Shown here piece by piece: positions 61,099-62,490 of a stretch of 62,490 nucleotides of DNA (its first letter is position 1; every line of letters starts with the position of its first letter). The translations under genes were made by a program, and so were the position numbers. This DNA comes from Candidatus Aquitaenariimonas noxiae (GTDB lineage Bacteria > Omnitrophota > Gorgyraeia > Aquitaenariimonadales > Aquitaenariimonadaceae), in NCBI GenBank assembly GCA_002780005.1, contig PEWV01000013.1, positions 1 to 62,490 on the forward strand, in the 5' to 3' direction. The notes under the pieces are model-generated. The model searched no databases and was not told where the DNA came from. It worked only from the letters and a program-made list of their open reading frames with translations.

Positions 61099-62013
61099 TT
61101 AAGGGTTTATTTGTTTTGTGATTTCCAGCGCCATTCTCAGCGCCTCGCGCGCTTCCTCGCCGGATACAAGAGGTTTTTCGTTATTTTTTACGCAGTCCAC
61201 AAAGGCTTTAAGCTCTGATAAGAGGGATTCTTCTTTTTTTATTCTTATTTTTTTTCTGGTGATCTTCGAACCGGCCTTTCTGTAGATGTAGGCTTCCTGT
61301 TTTTCGTAATCGAGCGATATATAGGCGTCTTCCTGAAAAATCCTTATTTTTCTCATTGTCTTATTTGCTACACGGCTGGCGGTAATATTGGAGATCGTAC
61401 CGTTTTCGAACTGAAGCCTTACGTTTGCCAAATCTTCGTGAAGAGTAAGAATCTTTACGCCCAACGCGTCCATTTTTACGACTTTCGAATTCACCAAATC
61501 AAGTATTATATCTATATCGTGTATCATCAGATCCAGTACCACCCCGATATCAAGGGATCTTTTTTTAAACAGGCTCAAGCGGTGGCATTCTATGAAGACA
61601 GGCTTGTTAATTATAGATTTTATAGCCCTTATACCTGCGTTGAATCTTTCTACATGTCCGACTTGGATGATGAGATTCTTGTCCCGTGCCTTTTTTAATA
61701 ATTCATCGGCATCCTCCAGGGTTTTGGTGATGGGTTTTTCTACGAGTATATGGACGCCTTGCTCTAAAAATGCCTTCCCGACCTCTGCGTGCGTGTTCGT
61801 CGGGGTGACGATGCTTACGCCATTTACCTTCCCGAAGAGGTCTTTATACCTTGTGAATGCCTGGGTCCGATATTTGCGGGCTATTTGATTTGCCTTTTTG
61901 ACGTTTATATCGCAAACTCCGACCAATTCCACACCATCCAACCGCGAGTAGATCCTTGCGTGGTGCACGCCCAGGCTCCCTACGCCTATAACCCCTATTC
62001 TTACCTTTTCCAT
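61099..62013 (-). CDS. Gfo/Idh/MocA oxidoreductase, GnnA-like (UDP-GlcNAc 3-dehydrogenase candidate)
   Basis: GVIGVGSLG, EKP, GHVERFN, DLMIHD; co-oriented upstream of lpxB; start placed at MEKVR. Confidence 0.85.
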   Translation of the reverse strand: MEKVRIGVIGVGSLGVHHARIYSRLDGVELVGVCDINVKKANQIARKYRTQAFTRYKDLFGKVNGVSIVTPTNTHAEVGKAFLEQGVHILVEKPITKTLEDADELLKKARDKNLIIQVGHVERFNAGIRAIKSIINKPVFIECHRLSLFKKRSLDIGVVLDLMIHDIDIILDLVNSKVVKMDALGVKILTLHEDLANVRLQFENGTISNITASRVANKTMRKIRIFQEDAYISLDYEKQEAYIYRKAGSKITRKKIRIKKEESLLSELKAFVDCVKNNEKPLVSGEEAREALRMALEITKQINP

Positions 62014-62061
62014 AGATATGAAGTATAGCATTTAGGGGGTGTTTTTACAAGGTAAAATAAC

Positions 62062-62236
62062 TATGGTAGTAATAGGGGCTCGCGGCTTTAAGTAAATTTT
62101 TCCCGTGGTTTTGAACTTACTCCTCGCGCCTATGCGCTATTCATTCTGTACACCCCTCTCGGCACTCGTCGTAAGTTCGAAAACCACATTTGGGAAAAAT
62201 TTACGATTTCGCCGCTCACCCCATATTGCTACCATA
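62062..62236. repeat. Long imperfect hairpin (~175 nt)
   Basis: TATGGTAGTAATAGGGG/CCCCATATTGCTACCATA, GTAAATTTTTCCC/GGGAAAAATTTAC, GTGGTTTTGAACTTAC/GTAAGTTCGAAAACCAC. Confidence 0.85.
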
Positions 62237-62303
62237 TGCACCAGCCGCCGACAGGTGTTCTTGGTTCCTGTTTTTGCCTGCCCTTAAGTGAAGTTCCAAA
62301 ATT

Positions 62304-62383
62304 TTTCCCGCTTATACCTGACTTTACGCAACACATGGCGGGATCCCGCACATGCATGCCTAGATATTAGTTTAGACGGGAAG
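62304..62383. repeat. Inverted homolog of the post-tRNA-Thr element
   Basis: GCAACACATGGCGGGATCCCGCACATGCATG matches the reverse complement of 16276-16307 (GCAACTCGTGCGCGGGGTCCCGCTCATGCATG). Confidence 0.75.
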
Positions 62384-62386
62384 TTT

Positions 62387-62490
62387 TTTACGAGGAGGAA
62401 ATCGGTTTCAAAAAGGATGGGCATTGTCCGAACCCGCCATTGCATCAGTGGCGGGTGAGTTATGCCCATCCCCGATTTCTGACGAGTAAA
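62387..62490. repeat. Nested hairpin, possibly continuing past the window end
   Basis: GAAATCGG/CCGATTTC, GGATGGGCAT/ATGCCCATCC, ACCCGCCA/TGGCGGGT. Confidence 0.75.

Noticed and set aside
62031-62042. 12-nt match (ACACCCCCTAAA on the minus strand) to 22911-22922
   Set aside because: A single short match lying in a promoter spacer; plausibly chance in 62 kb
62105-62469. Two ~60-aa ORFs at the window end
   Set aside because: They lie within palindromic repeats and have no SD or protein-like features

Overview
A bacterial chromosomal segment from a diderm organism. By inference it is a PVC-superphylum member, probably Candidatus Omnitrophota: it has an LpxC-FabZ fusion, LpxI, a Zn-ribbon SpoVG, and Firmicutes-like ywlC-ywlE-rpiB-glyA and ispE-spoVG-glmU-prs-rplY-pth gene orders. 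1-16.1 kb is an AT-rich surface-glycan synthesis and modification locus: DegT aminotransferase, radical SAM enzyme, GT4s, three methyltransferases, two Thr-nucleophile alkaline-phosphatase-superfamily enzymes, heparinase II/III, a beta-propeller glycosidase-like protein and WecB. It ends at tRNA-Thr. 16.3-62 kb is mostly housekeeping: purine genes, eno, glyA, nrdR, hisG, split transketolase, ribosomal proteins, dnaB, and bamA-skp-lpx genes. Features missing from the ORF track are three tRNAs (Thr-CGT, fMet, Gln-TTG), a c-di-GMP-I riboswitch with an overlapping terminator, a bS22-like 31-aa protein, a 58-aa protein with two CCx2Cx5C motifs, and a GT4 gene fragment. The most unusual signals are non-coding: a ~175-nt putative double-pseudoknot RNA upstream of tRNA-fMet, a hairpin element that rebuilds a tRNA-Thr-like acceptor stem with CCA and has an inverted homolog at 62.3 kb, and several other palindromic repeat families. 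No CRISPR array, transposase, integrase or rRNA was seen. All calls were made by eye, without searches.
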